From assembly GCA_035387945.1 (NCBI GenBank), contig DAOOOX010000023.1, positions 6,153-70,152 of the forward strand: DNA of 64,000 nt, written 5' to 3'. Below, one piece after another: positions 17,405 to 26,917 of this stretch. The stretch is from Verrucomicrobiia bacterium. GTDB taxonomy: Bacteria > Verrucomicrobiota > Verrucomicrobiia > JADLBR01. Below the pieces are notes generated by a model. It made no database searches. It was not told the DNA's origin and saw only the letters and a list, made by a program, of their open reading frames with translations. The stretch's first letter is position 1. The number at the start of each line of letters is the position of its first letter. The position numbers and the translations under genes are program-made.

Positions 17405-20083
17405 ATGAAACGTGGCAACACGAAGCATTCTTTCAGCATGAAGACCGAATTTCTGAACTTACCTCTGTTGCTGACGACCGTCCTATTTGCGAGTTCCTGC
17501 CTGGCGGCCGATCGCGAGTCACGTGAGGCTCTGGCGTCGCCCGACTGGGTCAATGACGCGCTGGTCGTCGCCATGCCCGCGGCCGCGGTTGGCGGCTGCC
17601 AGGCGGGCATCTACACGCCGGCTGAAAACGGCGTGCGGCCGTGGCGCCACGCGATCATTCGATGGCTGACCAGCCGGAGTGTCCGTGGCAACGGCGCCGT
17701 ACTCGTGCGCCAGGAGGCTTTGGAAGGCGGCGACGGTCTCTCGGCGATCGTCGATCCCCGGGCCAATTACCTCTTTGAAGTCCTGGTCCATCTGCCCGGC
17801 AAAGGGGGAGGCTTTGGCACGCCTCAGGACACCGGCGTCGAGATCTTGGCCAGCGTGCTGGATGCCAATGACCGCGTCCTGGCCGAGGCGCCGGTGCCGC
17901 TGGTTTCCGGCGACTGGGCACCCGGCCGGGTAGAGTTTGGAAGTGGGGCGGCGCGCGAGGTGCGGTGTGTGGTTCATGCCAGATCGCCCAAGCAACTGCC
18001 ATGCCTCTATTTCGCCGAAGGTTTCCGCCTGACCCGCAAGGACCGCGCCTGGTGGAATCCGCAAAACCTCTTCGACGCTTCGCGCACCGCCGCGCGTCTC
18101 GCCGACGAACGGGAGACGCTCATCAAGACACTCGATCCCGATGTGGTCGGCGGCCACAATGGGGTTTACTTAAACTGGGACGGATTCTTCACGCGTCGTG
18201 GGATCGCCGCGGGCGGCGGACATTGGGAACAAGAGTACAATCACCTGGCGGCCGACGATCCCGTGGTCGGTCAATTCCGCGATCGAGGCATGGCGAGAAA
18301 CCTGGACGGCGAGAGCCTCCGTGGCTACGCCAACCGGCTCTGGCCCGGATATAACATGTGCCACAACTCGCCCGCGTGGCATTCATATTACAAAGAGCAA
18401 TTCACCCGAATCGCTCCGGAAGTGCAGTTCCTCTCTCAGGACAACATCTGCACGCCCTCGTTCCTCTGCCCGGGAAAGGGCTGCTTCTGCCAGGATTGCC
18501 GCGATGGCTTCCGTGACTGGCTCCGGCAACGCTGGAGCCCCGCACAAAGCCGCGCGGCGGGCATCGGCGATCCGGCTTCGCTGGACGTGCTCGCGTATTT
18601 CAAGAGGGCACAAGCGACGATTGCAAAAGGGGGCGACGCGGTGTTGGCCGATCCCGTGCTCCGGGCATACGTTCAGTTCAGCTATGCGTCCCAGGCCGAT
18701 CGCTGGCGGGATGCCGTGACCGCCGCCCAGAAAGCGGCTGGCCACCCGATCGCCGTCTGTGGCAATCAGTGGGGAGCGGGCGGGGCGAGGCCCTATTCCG
18801 TCGCACTCTCGCGGATTGGCGACGCGGTTTTCACGGAAGCCGAAGCGGATTGCCGGATGCCGCAGATGCGGGCGGAAGCCGCCCTGGCAACCAAGCTCGG
18901 ACTGGCCGCCGGCGACTACCGCCGGCCCGTGTTCCTTTGTCTCTCGTCGCTGTTCCATGCTCCCCAAGCCGCCCGCTGCCGGCTCCGCACAGTGGCCGGG
19001 CAAGCCTGGGCCGACGGTGGCCGGCCCATGCCGTGGGCCACCGCCTCGGGAGCAAGCGGCTGGTTCTACGACGCGGAGGCCCGATTGTGCCGGTTCGTCC
19101 AACAAAACCGGGCCCTGTTTGCCCGCTGCGACCGCGTGGCCAATGTCGGACTGGTTTATTCACTGCCGACCCACGCCTGGCGCCAGTTCCCGGCGTTCGG
19201 CCTCTCATCCCGCCAGCACCAGAGATGGTTCACCGCCTGCGCGCGACTTCTGGAGGAGACCCATGTGCCTTACGAGGTCAACTGCTGGTGGCACCCGTTG
19301 CTGGGCGATGACCTCGTGTCGCTACAGCGGCTCCAGAGGTACCAGGTCCTGGTGTTACCCGGGGTCGATTGCCTTACCGATGCGCAGCAGGAAGCCATCC
19401 GAGCATTTCAGGCGCGTGGCGGGCGAGTCATCCACGTGGCCTGCCCAAACTCGTGCAACGCCGATGCGGTGCCACGTCCCGACGGCCAGCCACCGATAAG
19501 ACGGGGCGAACGATCCTTCGAGATCGCCCCGGATCTCCTGACCCGGTATGCCCAAGCCGGCGAGAAGGCTCCCGCGACAAACGCGCCTGAAACGCAGGCG
19601 ACCGCCAATGAACTGCGCACCACGCTCGCGCGTGCCGTGGCCGAGGACAGAATCCTAGAGACAGACGCGCCGGCGAACGTTTGGGCCAACCTCTGGCTGA
19701 ACGAGACCCGGCAGGTGCTCTCGCTGCACCTAGTGAATGGCAGCATCGACCAGGAGGCCGACCTGTTTCGGCCCATCCAGGAAAGTCGTTGGCGCGTTCG
19801 ATTGCCGGCCGGCCTTTCGGTGGACCGGGCCGTCAGCATCACGCCCGACGAGGCCGAGCCGAGTCAGACCAGGCCGCTGCCGGTCGAGATCTCCAATGGC
19901 TGGGCCACGGTCGTTGTCCCCCGCATCGAATCCTACACGGTGGTCGCTCTTTATGCGGGAGAGACGTTGGCGGAGGCGAACGATGCCGCCAACGCGCGGC
20001 GCGATCTATGGCGAGCCCGCGTAACCCGCGATGCCAATGCCAGCGCAACCCTTGGCGCCAAACCCGTGTCCACCTGTGACTGA
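17405..20083 (+). CDS. Large secreted hypothetical protein (892 aa), probably carbohydrate-active.
   Basis: Its ATG overlaps the transporter stop. Signal peptide MKTEFLNLPLLLTTVLFASSCLAA (from the second Met, at 17438). Cys-rich central segment. No family recognised by eye. Confidence 0.55.
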   Translation: MKRGNTKHSFSMKTEFLNLPLLLTTVLFASSCLAADRESREALASPDWVNDALVVAMPAAAVGGCQAGIYTPAENGVRPWRHAIIRWLTSRSVRGNGAVLVRQEALEGGDGLSAIVDPRANYLFEVLVHLPGKGGGFGTPQDTGVEILASVLDANDRVLAEAPVPLVSGDWAPGRVEFGSGAAREVRCVVHARSPKQLPCLYFAEGFRLTRKDRAWWNPQNLFDASRTAARLADERETLIKTLDPDVVGGHNGVYLNWDGFFTRRGIAAGGGHWEQEYNHLAADDPVVGQFRDRGMARNLDGESLRGYANRLWPGYNMCHNSPAWHSYYKEQFTRIAPEVQFLSQDNICTPSFLCPGKGCFCQDCRDGFRDWLRQRWSPAQSRAAGIGDPASLDVLAYFKRAQATIAKGGDAVLADPVLRAYVQFSYASQADRWRDAVTAAQKAAGHPIAVCGNQWGAGGARPYSVALSRIGDAVFTEAEADCRMPQMRAEAALATKLGLAAGDYRRPVFLCLSSLFHAPQAARCRLRTVAGQAWADGGRPMPWATASGASGWFYDAEARLCRFVQQNRALFARCDRVANVGLVYSLPTHAWRQFPAFGLSSRQHQRWFTACARLLEETHVPYEVNCWWHPLLGDDLVSLQRLQRYQVLVLPGVDCLTDAQQEAIRAFQARGGRVIHVACPNSCNADAVPRPDGQPPIRRGERSFEIAPDLLTRYAQAGEKAPATNAPETQATANELRTTLARAVAEDRILETDAPANVWANLWLNETRQVLSLHLVNGSIDQEADLFRPIQESRWRVRLPAGLSVDRAVSITPDEAEPSQTRPLPVEISNGWATVVVPRIESYTVVALYAGETLAEANDAANARRDLWRARVTRDANASATLGAKPVSTCD

Positions 20084-21017
20084 CTCCTCCCTGCCAACGC
20101 CCCTGCGCGGCATAGTTCCGCCGATGATCACTCCCTTGCTGGACCGTGACACGCTCGACGTTGAAGGGCTCGAGCGGCTCGTCGAACATCTCGTGGCGGG
20201 TGGCGTCCACGGACTGTTCGTGCTCGGCACCACCGGTGAGGCCACCTGCCTGAGCTATCGCCTCCGTCGCGACGTGATCCGGCGCACCTGCGAACAGGTT
20301 CATGGACGCCTTCCCGTGCTGGTGGGTGTCACGGATACTTCCGTCACCGAGACGCTCGACCTCGCCCGATCCGCCGCAGAGGCCGGCGCCAGCGCCGTTG
20401 TGCTGGCCCCACCGTACTACTTCCCAATGAACCAGTCGGAGCTGATCCGGTATGTTCGCCGCCTGGCCGAAGAACTCCCCTTGCCGCTGATGCTCTACAA
20501 CATTCCGGCTTTGACCAAAGTGAGCTACGAGCCGGAGACGATTCGCCAGCTGCTCGACATGCCGGGGATCGTCGGCCTCAAGGATAGCTCGCGACAGATG
20601 GACTGCTTTCTTGCCTTTCGCCAGGTCACGCGTCAACGGCCGGACTGGTCCCTGTTGATCGGATTCGAGCACATGCTGGCCGATGCGATCCGCGCCGGCG
20701 GCGATGGCGGCGTCTGCGCGGGCGCGAACCTGTCGCCACACCTTCTGGTGGCACTCTACGAGGCTGCCGTCGCGAACGACCATGAGCGTCTCGAGAAAAT
20801 CCATGGAAGCCTGACCTGCCAGCGGCGGATCTACGCCGTCGGCCGTGGCGCCACGGCCTCAATCCAGGGCATCAAGTGTGCTCTCGCACTCCGCGGGATC
20901 TGCCAGGACCGCATGTCCGAGCCGTTTGAGGGACTCTCGGACGGAGAACGCGCCAACGTGAAAGCGATTCTCCAGGAGATGGACGAGCGAACTCGATCGT
21001 CGACCGGCATGTCCTGA
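20076..21017 (+). CDS. DapA/DHDPS-family class I aldolase, a candidate 2-keto-3-deoxy-sugar-acid aldolase.
   Basis: GIVPPMITPL...GVHGLFVLGTTGEATCLS...IVGLKDSS (Schiff-base Lys) match the DHDPS/NAL fold. The GTG start at 20076 overlaps the upstream stop by 8 nt. An ATG at 20031 is an alternative. Confidence 0.8.
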   Translation: MTDSSLPTPLRGIVPPMITPLLDRDTLDVEGLERLVEHLVAGGVHGLFVLGTTGEATCLSYRLRRDVIRRTCEQVHGRLPVLVGVTDTSVTETLDLARSAAEAGASAVVLAPPYYFPMNQSELIRYVRRLAEELPLPLMLYNIPALTKVSYEPETIRQLLDMPGIVGLKDSSRQMDCFLAFRQVTRQRPDWSLLIGFEHMLADAIRAGGDGGVCAGANLSPHLLVALYEAAVANDHERLEKIHGSLTCQRRIYAVGRGATASIQGIKCALALRGICQDRMSEPFEGLSDGERANVKAILQEMDERTRSSTGMS

Positions 21018-21106
21018 TTTGCCTGCGCCATGAAGGCCTCCCGATCGAGATTGCCTTCCGCCGGGCGCGGGCGTACCGACAGTCTGGTTCGGAAAGGAGT
21101 TCGGCC

Positions 21107-21988
21107 ATGCTCATCGACATCCACGTCCACACCTGCCGCCCGCGGCACCCCAAGGTGACCCGTCCCAACGGCACGGCGTACCCCGACCCCAAGACGCTGA
21201 TCGCCATGATGGACGGCGCCGGCATCGCGAAGGCCGCCGTCATGACGACCGTCAGCCCGGAAATGCGATACACGAGCGTGTCGCCGGAGGAGACGATCGA
21301 GATCTGCGCGCAGCACCCGGATCGCCTGATCCCGTTCTGCAACGTGGACCCGCGATGGCTCACGAACGACACGCGCGCGAACTTCCGCCCCCTGCTCGCC
21401 GCCTACAAAGAACTCGGATGCAGGGGCGTGGGCGAATACGTCCCGAACCTCTGGCTCGACGATCCGCTGAATATGAATTTTTTCGCGCAGGTCGAGGAGT
21501 CCGGCCTGCCCCTGACCTTCCATCTCGCGCCCAAAATTGGCGGTTACTATGGCTGCGTGGACGAGCCAGGCCTCCCCCGCCTCGAGCGGGTCCTCAAGGC
21601 GTTCCCGCGGCTGGTCCTGCTCGGCCACTCGCAATCATTCTGGGCGGAGATCAGCGCCGCCCCCGACGAGAAAACCCGCGCCGGCTATCCGCAAGGGAAG
21701 GTCACGCCCGGCCGCGTGGTCGAACTCATGCGCCAGTATCCCAACCTGCACGGCGATCTCTCCGCCGGCAGCGGCTACAACGCGATCACCCGCGACCCCG
21801 AGTTTGGCTATCGCTTCATGGAGGAATTCCAGGACCGCCTCTACTTCGGCACCGATATCGCCAACGTCCCCCAGAAACTCCCCATCGTGGACTACTTCAA
21901 GAAACTCGAGGAAGACCAGCTCGTCTGCACCGCGGCCCTCGAGAAGATCTCCTGGCACAACGCGAGCCGACTCCTGAGGCTGGAGTGA
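21107..21988 (+). CDS. Amidohydrolase_2 (TIM-barrel metal-dependent hydrolase) family protein, a candidate sugar lactonase.
   Basis: MLIDIHVHT (HxH metal site) at the N-terminus, with downstream His and Asp ligands (FHLAP, GHSQSF, FGTDI). 293 aa. L-fucono- and L-rhamnono-lactonases belong to this family. Confidence 0.8.
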   Translation: MLIDIHVHTCRPRHPKVTRPNGTAYPDPKTLIAMMDGAGIAKAAVMTTVSPEMRYTSVSPEETIEICAQHPDRLIPFCNVDPRWLTNDTRANFRPLLAAYKELGCRGVGEYVPNLWLDDPLNMNFFAQVEESGLPLTFHLAPKIGGYYGCVDEPGLPRLERVLKAFPRLVLLGHSQSFWAEISAAPDEKTRAGYPQGKVTPGRVVELMRQYPNLHGDLSAGSGYNAITRDPEFGYRFMEEFQDRLYFGTDIANVPQKLPIVDYFKKLEEDQLVCTAALEKISWHNASRLLRLE

Positions 21989-22041
21989 TCCGGGGCACCC
22001 CTCGTCAATCCGCACAACGACCCTCCGGTCACTCGCGGTTT

Positions 22042-22119
22042 CCAACCACGAAGGAACACGAATGAACACGAATAGTCGTGGTTGGACATTGGTGTTCATT
22101 CGTGTCCATTCGTGGTTGG
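22042..22119. repeat. REP-like palindromic element (family 1): a 32-nt inverted repeat CCAACCACGAAGGAACACGAATGAACACGAAT / ATTGGTGTTCATTCGTGTCCATTCGTGGTTGG.
   Basis: Left arm 22042..22073 and right arm 22088..22119 are near-perfect reverse complements. The 14-nt spacer itself repeats CGTGGTTGG. The same core recurs at 53168..53199, 53785..53865, 61014..61065 and 62671..62700. Confidence 0.7.
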
Positions 22120-22248
22120 ACCCCAGCCGCACCCCCTCAAAAGACCCCGTCCACGTCCCATATCCGATGTCACTTTTATCGATTAACCGGGGCCTATCCG
22201 CTTGCGCCCAGAGGCCGGGGGGTGCCAAAATGTTCTGAGGGTAGAACG

Positions 22249-25200
22249 ATGAATCGAGTTATCGGAAGAATGGTAGTCGTGCGGGATCATATCGTGGCCT
22301 TGGGATTCGGCCTCTGCACATTTTTCGGCGGCCTAACCGCGGGCCACATTGCAGAGGGCGGGGTCATCATCATCGACCCCGGCAATCCTGAAACCAACGG
22401 CGGATACCGCGGGGTACAGATAGCGCCGCGCGCGCAAGGGGACGCGATCTTTTGGTTCCGCTACGAGAACAGCGCAGGCCCCAGCTACCACAGGCTCGGT
22501 TGCCTGGATGAGGCGGGCTTTGATGACGATTTCTACAACAGCTCGAACGCGCTCAGCGGGTTCGTGGTCCTGACAAATGGGTCCGTGGCGGTGGCGGACG
22601 ACGCCACCGGGCTCCGGCGCCTCACCCCGGAAGGCCCGGACGACCCCGGCTACACGCCACCGCACTTGGCCGACGGGCCCTTCTCGGTGCGCGCGCTCGC
22701 CGGCTATCTGGACGGCCGATTACTCGTGTCGGGCGCGGAACAGGCCCTGGACGGGCAGAGCAACACCATCCTGATCCCGAACACGTTCCGGATCGAGACC
22801 AATGGCGTCATCGACACTTCCTATACCCCAGAGCCCCTGCAGGAAAACGTTTGGGCCCGGCAGATCCACATACGCCGCAACAGCCGGGTCCTGGCATCGA
22901 TAGAGGGGCCTCTGTTCCCCGGCCCGGAATTGGTGGCGCTGCGACCGGGGGGCGTGCGAGACACCTCGTTCCAAATGGAAAACACGCTGAGACACACGAT
23001 CGTCGTCTCGCGGATTATCGAGCGCGCCGACAGCCGCCTGCTCATCGCGGGACAGGACCTGAGCACGACAGGCGCGGTCGTCGTCTGCGTCCACACAAAC
23101 GGCAACCTGTATCTGTCATTCGGAAATGGCGGCATCCTGCGGCCGGGGAGCCCGCGCGTCCTGGACATCGCCCTCGCCGCCAACGACGGATTCTATGCCG
23201 TGCTGGATGAACCTCGGCCCTCGAACAACGTGCACCGGTTCTCCGCCACTGGCACACCGGACCCGTCATTCGCCGTGACGCTGAACGACAACGCGCTCTG
23301 CGTGGGCGTCGGCGAAACCAATAGCGTCTGGATCGGCGGCTACTTCACGCGGGTCGACAACGTGTCCCATCCCTATGCGGCCAAGCTGAATCTCAGCGGA
23401 CGGCTGTTCCCCCCGACGCGCGCCGAGGGGCTCGCCGCCACTGCCGTCACCGCATGGAAAGCCAACCTGCGCTGGGATGCATCGCCCCGGGCCACACAGT
23501 ACTTCCTGGAGCGGAGCACGAACGGCATCGACGGGTGGATCCCCGTCCACACGATCGCCAGCGACGGCACCCGCGGACCGGTGGAGGAACCCGGCCATAT
23601 CATTTTCCCCCCATATCCTTATACCATCGACGGGAGAAGAGAGTTCTCGGTCGTGGACGCACCGCTCATCGGCCTCGATGAGGTATTCTATCGGGTCGGC
23701 GTCTCCAATCAGACCGGGCCCGGGCCTTTCTCTGAGCCGGTCCGCGTGGTTGTCCCGCAGTACACCGCCACCTGGGAAATCGATCCGGGATTCTCGGCTC
23801 AGACCGGAGGAGACGGGAGCATTTTCTGTCTCTCGCTCATGGAGAACGGCGGTGTGGTCGCCGGGGGAAATTTTGGGATCTTCGGCGATCTGACCACCAA
23901 TTCGCTGGGCAGTCCCGTCTTTGCATCTTCGGCCTGTTCGAATCTGGCACGCGTCCTACCAAATGGTGCGCGGGATTCGAGCTTCATGCCTCCGATCTGG
24001 AATTCCGGCGAGGTGCATTCGGTGCTGTCATGCACCGGAGAGCAGATTCTGGCGGGCGGCACGTTCTCGGCCACGTCTCGGCAGACAAATGCGGTGGGCA
24101 CCGGAGTGACCGCCTATCATTTCGCCCTGCTCGAGACCAACGGCGTCGTGAGCCCGGATACGCTGCCTCCATTCCAATCGCTCGCGCCGGGGGTCAACGC
24201 CATGGCGCGCCAGCAAGATGGGAAGATCGTCGTGGCCGGCGGCTTCCCGCAGCCCAACGTCACCGGCCCAGGCGGAGAAGCGCTCATCCCCGCGGGCGTC
24301 GCGCGCATGGAGTGGACGGTTAGCACAAATATCGTGATCTCCTTCCCGCCGCACGGCCCTGCCACCACGACAATCACGGTCATCGCGGGCTGGACGTTCG
24401 ATACCACTTTCTCCGGCGGCTGCGGGGTGAGCGGTGTCGTGAACGCCGCCGCACTCGAGGCCGACGGGGACGTGCTCATCGGTGGAGTTTTTGATTCGGT
24501 GCACGGCCAGTCGTGCTCCAACCTCGCGCGGCTTCATCCCGACGGATCACTGGACACGACATTCGCCGGATCGGCCGATGGATCGGTCAACGCGCTGGTC
24601 GCCCTTCCCGATGGCGCCATCCTGGTCGGTGGCGCATTCGCGCGCGTGGGAGATCAGCCGGCTCCGGCGCTGGCCCGGTTGCTCACCGATGGCTCGCGCG
24701 ACGCCGCGTTCGCCTCCCCGCCCGAAACGAACGCCATCGTGCACGTCATCCTTCCGGAACCCGACGGGGGCATGTTCGTTGGCGGCAACTTTCAGCAATG
24801 GGCGGGCAACGCGAGGGGTTGCCTCATTCGGCTGCAGGCCGATGGATCTGAGGATGCCGCTTTCGACGTGGGCACCGGCGTCTCCGCCGGAGAGGTCCGG
24901 GCGCTCGCGAAGGACGGATCGGGACACCTTCTGGTGGCGGGCGATTTTGCCAGTTTCAACGGCATCGCCCGCAACGACCTCGTGCGCCTGGCCGCGAATC
25001 CGCTGTCTGGGCCGCCGTGCGCGCCAGAGGAGTTCTTCGTGGGCCCATGGCGTGGCCCCTCCCTGACCTCGCATTTGCGGGGAGATTGGTCCCCGGTCGA
25101 ACTCGGCATCGGGCCCCGCGGTTACGTCATCCAGGGCAGCGCCGACGGCATCGGTGGATGGGTGACCGTCGTGCTCGCGGAGGGCGATGTGAGGTATGCC

Positions 25201-25674
25201 GAAATCTTGTCGGAGGACTGCTGGCCTTCGTTTTTCCGCATCGCCGCGTTCAATGCCCGCGGCGTTTCAGAGTGGTCACCTGCCATCCCCGTTCCGGCAT
25301 CCCTGTTCGAGCAATGGAAGTGCATGTGGGGAGTCGATGGCGAATGGGGGCCCGACGGCGAGCCCCTGGCACTCCACTACGCCCTCGGCGCCACCCCGTT
25401 TGAAAGGAATGTCGGCCGCTTGCCGCACCTCGACTTCGACAACGGCCAGATGGAATTCTCCTTCCCGATGGTGCGCAGGGAGGTGAACTACATCGTCGAA
25501 TCCTCGACGAACCTCGTCGATTGGACCCAGGTCTTCTCGTCAAACGGATCCGGCAACCCCGAGGAAACCGTCATCGCCATCGGCACGCCCGCGGAACCCT
25601 CCAAATTCTGGCGCCTGCGGACCCTCGTCCCCGACTGCCCCCCCGGTCTCCCGGATTTCTTCGGACCGAGATAG
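22249..25674 (+). CDS. Giant secreted delta-60-repeat protein (1141 aa) with an FN3-like domain and a conserved C-terminal module.
   Basis: Start MNRVIGRMVVV... has an SD GAGGG 6 nt upstream. About 10 repeats of the D(T/P/S/A)(S/T/A)F...G.V type (DTSFQMEN, DPSFAVT, DSSFMPP, DTTFSGG, DTTFAGSADGSVNALVALPDGAILVGGAF, DAAFASPPETNAIVHVILPEPDGGMFVGGNF ...). FN3-like segment LAATAVTAWKANLRWDASPRATQYFLERSTNG. The C-terminal ~100 aa are shared with two other proteins (see findings). Confidence 0.75.
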   Translation: MNRVIGRMVVVRDHIVALGFGLCTFFGGLTAGHIAEGGVIIIDPGNPETNGGYRGVQIAPRAQGDAIFWFRYENSAGPSYHRLGCLDEAGFDDDFYNSSNALSGFVVLTNGSVAVADDATGLRRLTPEGPDDPGYTPPHLADGPFSVRALAGYLDGRLLVSGAEQALDGQSNTILIPNTFRIETNGVIDTSYTPEPLQENVWARQIHIRRNSRVLASIEGPLFPGPELVALRPGGVRDTSFQMENTLRHTIVVSRIIERADSRLLIAGQDLSTTGAVVVCVHTNGNLYLSFGNGGILRPGSPRVLDIALAANDGFYAVLDEPRPSNNVHRFSATGTPDPSFAVTLNDNALCVGVGETNSVWIGGYFTRVDNVSHPYAAKLNLSGRLFPPTRAEGLAATAVTAWKANLRWDASPRATQYFLERSTNGIDGWIPVHTIASDGTRGPVEEPGHIIFPPYPYTIDGRREFSVVDAPLIGLDEVFYRVGVSNQTGPGPFSEPVRVVVPQYTATWEIDPGFSAQTGGDGSIFCLSLMENGGVVAGGNFGIFGDLTTNSLGSPVFASSACSNLARVLPNGARDSSFMPPIWNSGEVHSVLSCTGEQILAGGTFSATSRQTNAVGTGVTAYHFALLETNGVVSPDTLPPFQSLAPGVNAMARQQDGKIVVAGGFPQPNVTGPGGEALIPAGVARMEWTVSTNIVISFPPHGPATTTITVIAGWTFDTTFSGGCGVSGVVNAAALEADGDVLIGGVFDSVHGQSCSNLARLHPDGSLDTTFAGSADGSVNALVALPDGAILVGGAFARVGDQPAPALARLLTDGSRDAAFASPPETNAIVHVILPEPDGGMFVGGNFQQWAGNARGCLIRLQADGSEDAAFDVGTGVSAGEVRALAKDGSGHLLVAGDFASFNGIARNDLVRLAANPLSGPPCAPEEFFVGPWRGPSLTSHLRGDWSPVELGIGPRGYVIQGSADGIGGWVTVVLAEGDVRYAEILSEDCWPSFFRIAAFNARGVSEWSPAIPVPASLFEQWKCMWGVDGEWGPDGEPLALHYALGATPFERNVGRLPHLDFDNGQMEFSFPMVRREVNYIVESSTNLVDWTQVFSSNGSGNPEETVIAIGTPAEPSKFWRLRTLVPDCPPGLPDFFGPR

Positions 25675-26347
25675 TCGGTCCCACTGCTTTTCGTAGTCCC
25701 AGGGGCAGTTCGCGCCGCGGCCGCGCTGGTTATCGCCCATCCACTCCAGCGCCGCGCGGATGTGTGCCACGCTCGCCTCGCCCAGCGGACTGCACAGATC
25801 GATGTGCGCCATGCCGGCCGAGAATGCCTCGAAGACATACATCACCACCGCCGGGGCCGCCTCCTTGAAGCCGATGTGCTCGGCCTTCCGGAAGTCCATT
25901 CGGTAGAGCCAATCCACTGCGCCCAGGCCAACCTTCAGGTACTCCTCGTTGCCCGTCTCCACGTAGAGCAGGAACGCGAGCGAGCCGAAGATGCCCGACG
26001 AGCACCACCATTCGCCATCGAACTTGCTCCAGAGCCCATCGGTGATCCCGCCGCTCGGCCGAACGTAGTTGTCCATGACGAGCTTCGCGTACGCCGTCAC
26101 CGAATCCAAGTATCGCCGGCGATCGGCCGGATTCTCGCAACGCACCGCCGTCGCCAGCACGCCCATCGCGATGCTCGCGCAGTCGGCGACATACCACTCG
26201 CCCTTCGTCTCCCCCGGCTTGCGGCCGTAATGCATCCAATAGGCGCCTTTCGGGGTCATGCCCCCGGCCCGCGACCACGCGGTCGATCAGCACACTCGTC
26301 ACCAGGACCCAGGGCAGCAATATCGCCAAGCTTCCGTGCGGTCTCAT
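25540..26347 (-). pseudogene. Frameshift-disrupted gene for a secreted protein (possibly a six-hairpin glycosidase-like enzyme).
   Basis: A signal peptide MRPHGSLAILLPWVLVTSVLIDRVVAGRG is encoded in one minus frame (from 26347). The mature part MTPKGAYWMHYGRKPGETKGEWYVADCAS... runs in another frame from 26259. The switch lies at a C/G homopolymer near 26260..26268. The 3' end overlaps the convergent delta-60 gene by ~135 nt. Confidence 0.4.
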
Positions 26348-26699
26348 GGGGCTCCTTTGTCGGATCTCTCGAGCATCCGCTCCAGACACGGCAGATTCAA
26401 CATCAGATATACCGGCCGATGCCATCATCCAGGGCTTTGGGTTCGCTCGACCGAAGCCGTTGGAGTCCAGGCTTCAGCCAGTTTCGTGCCCGATTCAGCC
26501 TAAAGGCTGTGGGCGATCTCGTCCTCGCCAATGAATTCGAGCTGGGCGCCCGCGCGGCGATTGAGCCAAAGGCGCCCCTTGGGGAAGGGCACCCTGAACC
26601 CTCCTTTCCTTCGCCCAGAAGTCATTTTCATGGCCCGGATCTCCCAGCACCAGCGTCATCGACAACGCAACATGCTGCCATCTAGTCACATCCTGTGTT

Positions 26700-26917
26700 C
26701 CGACCCCAAGGCAGCCCCCTGAAACTAAACTACTGGACTCCCTGTCCTATCAAAAAGCAGTTTTAATACTGTTCTTTTAGTATGCATCCTCGCCAATTTT
26801 AATTGACAACAGCGCGTTCATGGGCAGTCTTTGTTTCAGCGAATTGAAACGTTCCATATGCGTGAAATGACCGTGCGACCGGGGAGACGTTAACTTTTTC
26901 AATGCAAGGGGGCCATC
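26700..26917. promoter_or_regulatory. AT-rich island (far below the window's GC content) upstream of the TadZ/CpaE-like gene. It contains sigma70-like hexamers.
   Basis: TTGACA at 26796..26801. A TAGTAT -10-like hexamer at ~26779. A-T runs (CAGTTTTAATACTGTTCTTTTAGTATG). Confidence 0.4.

Noticed and set aside
22042-22119. The big inverted repeat as a simple rho-independent terminator of the amidohydrolase operon.
   Set aside because: No U-tract follows on either strand. The same core recurs at four other loci in promoter-proximal positions, which points to a repeat family rather than a one-off terminator.
26495-26689. 64-aa minus-strand ORF in the gap before the AT-rich island.
   Set aside because: No RBS, no conservation signal, and the composition is not distinguishable from a random high-GC ORF.
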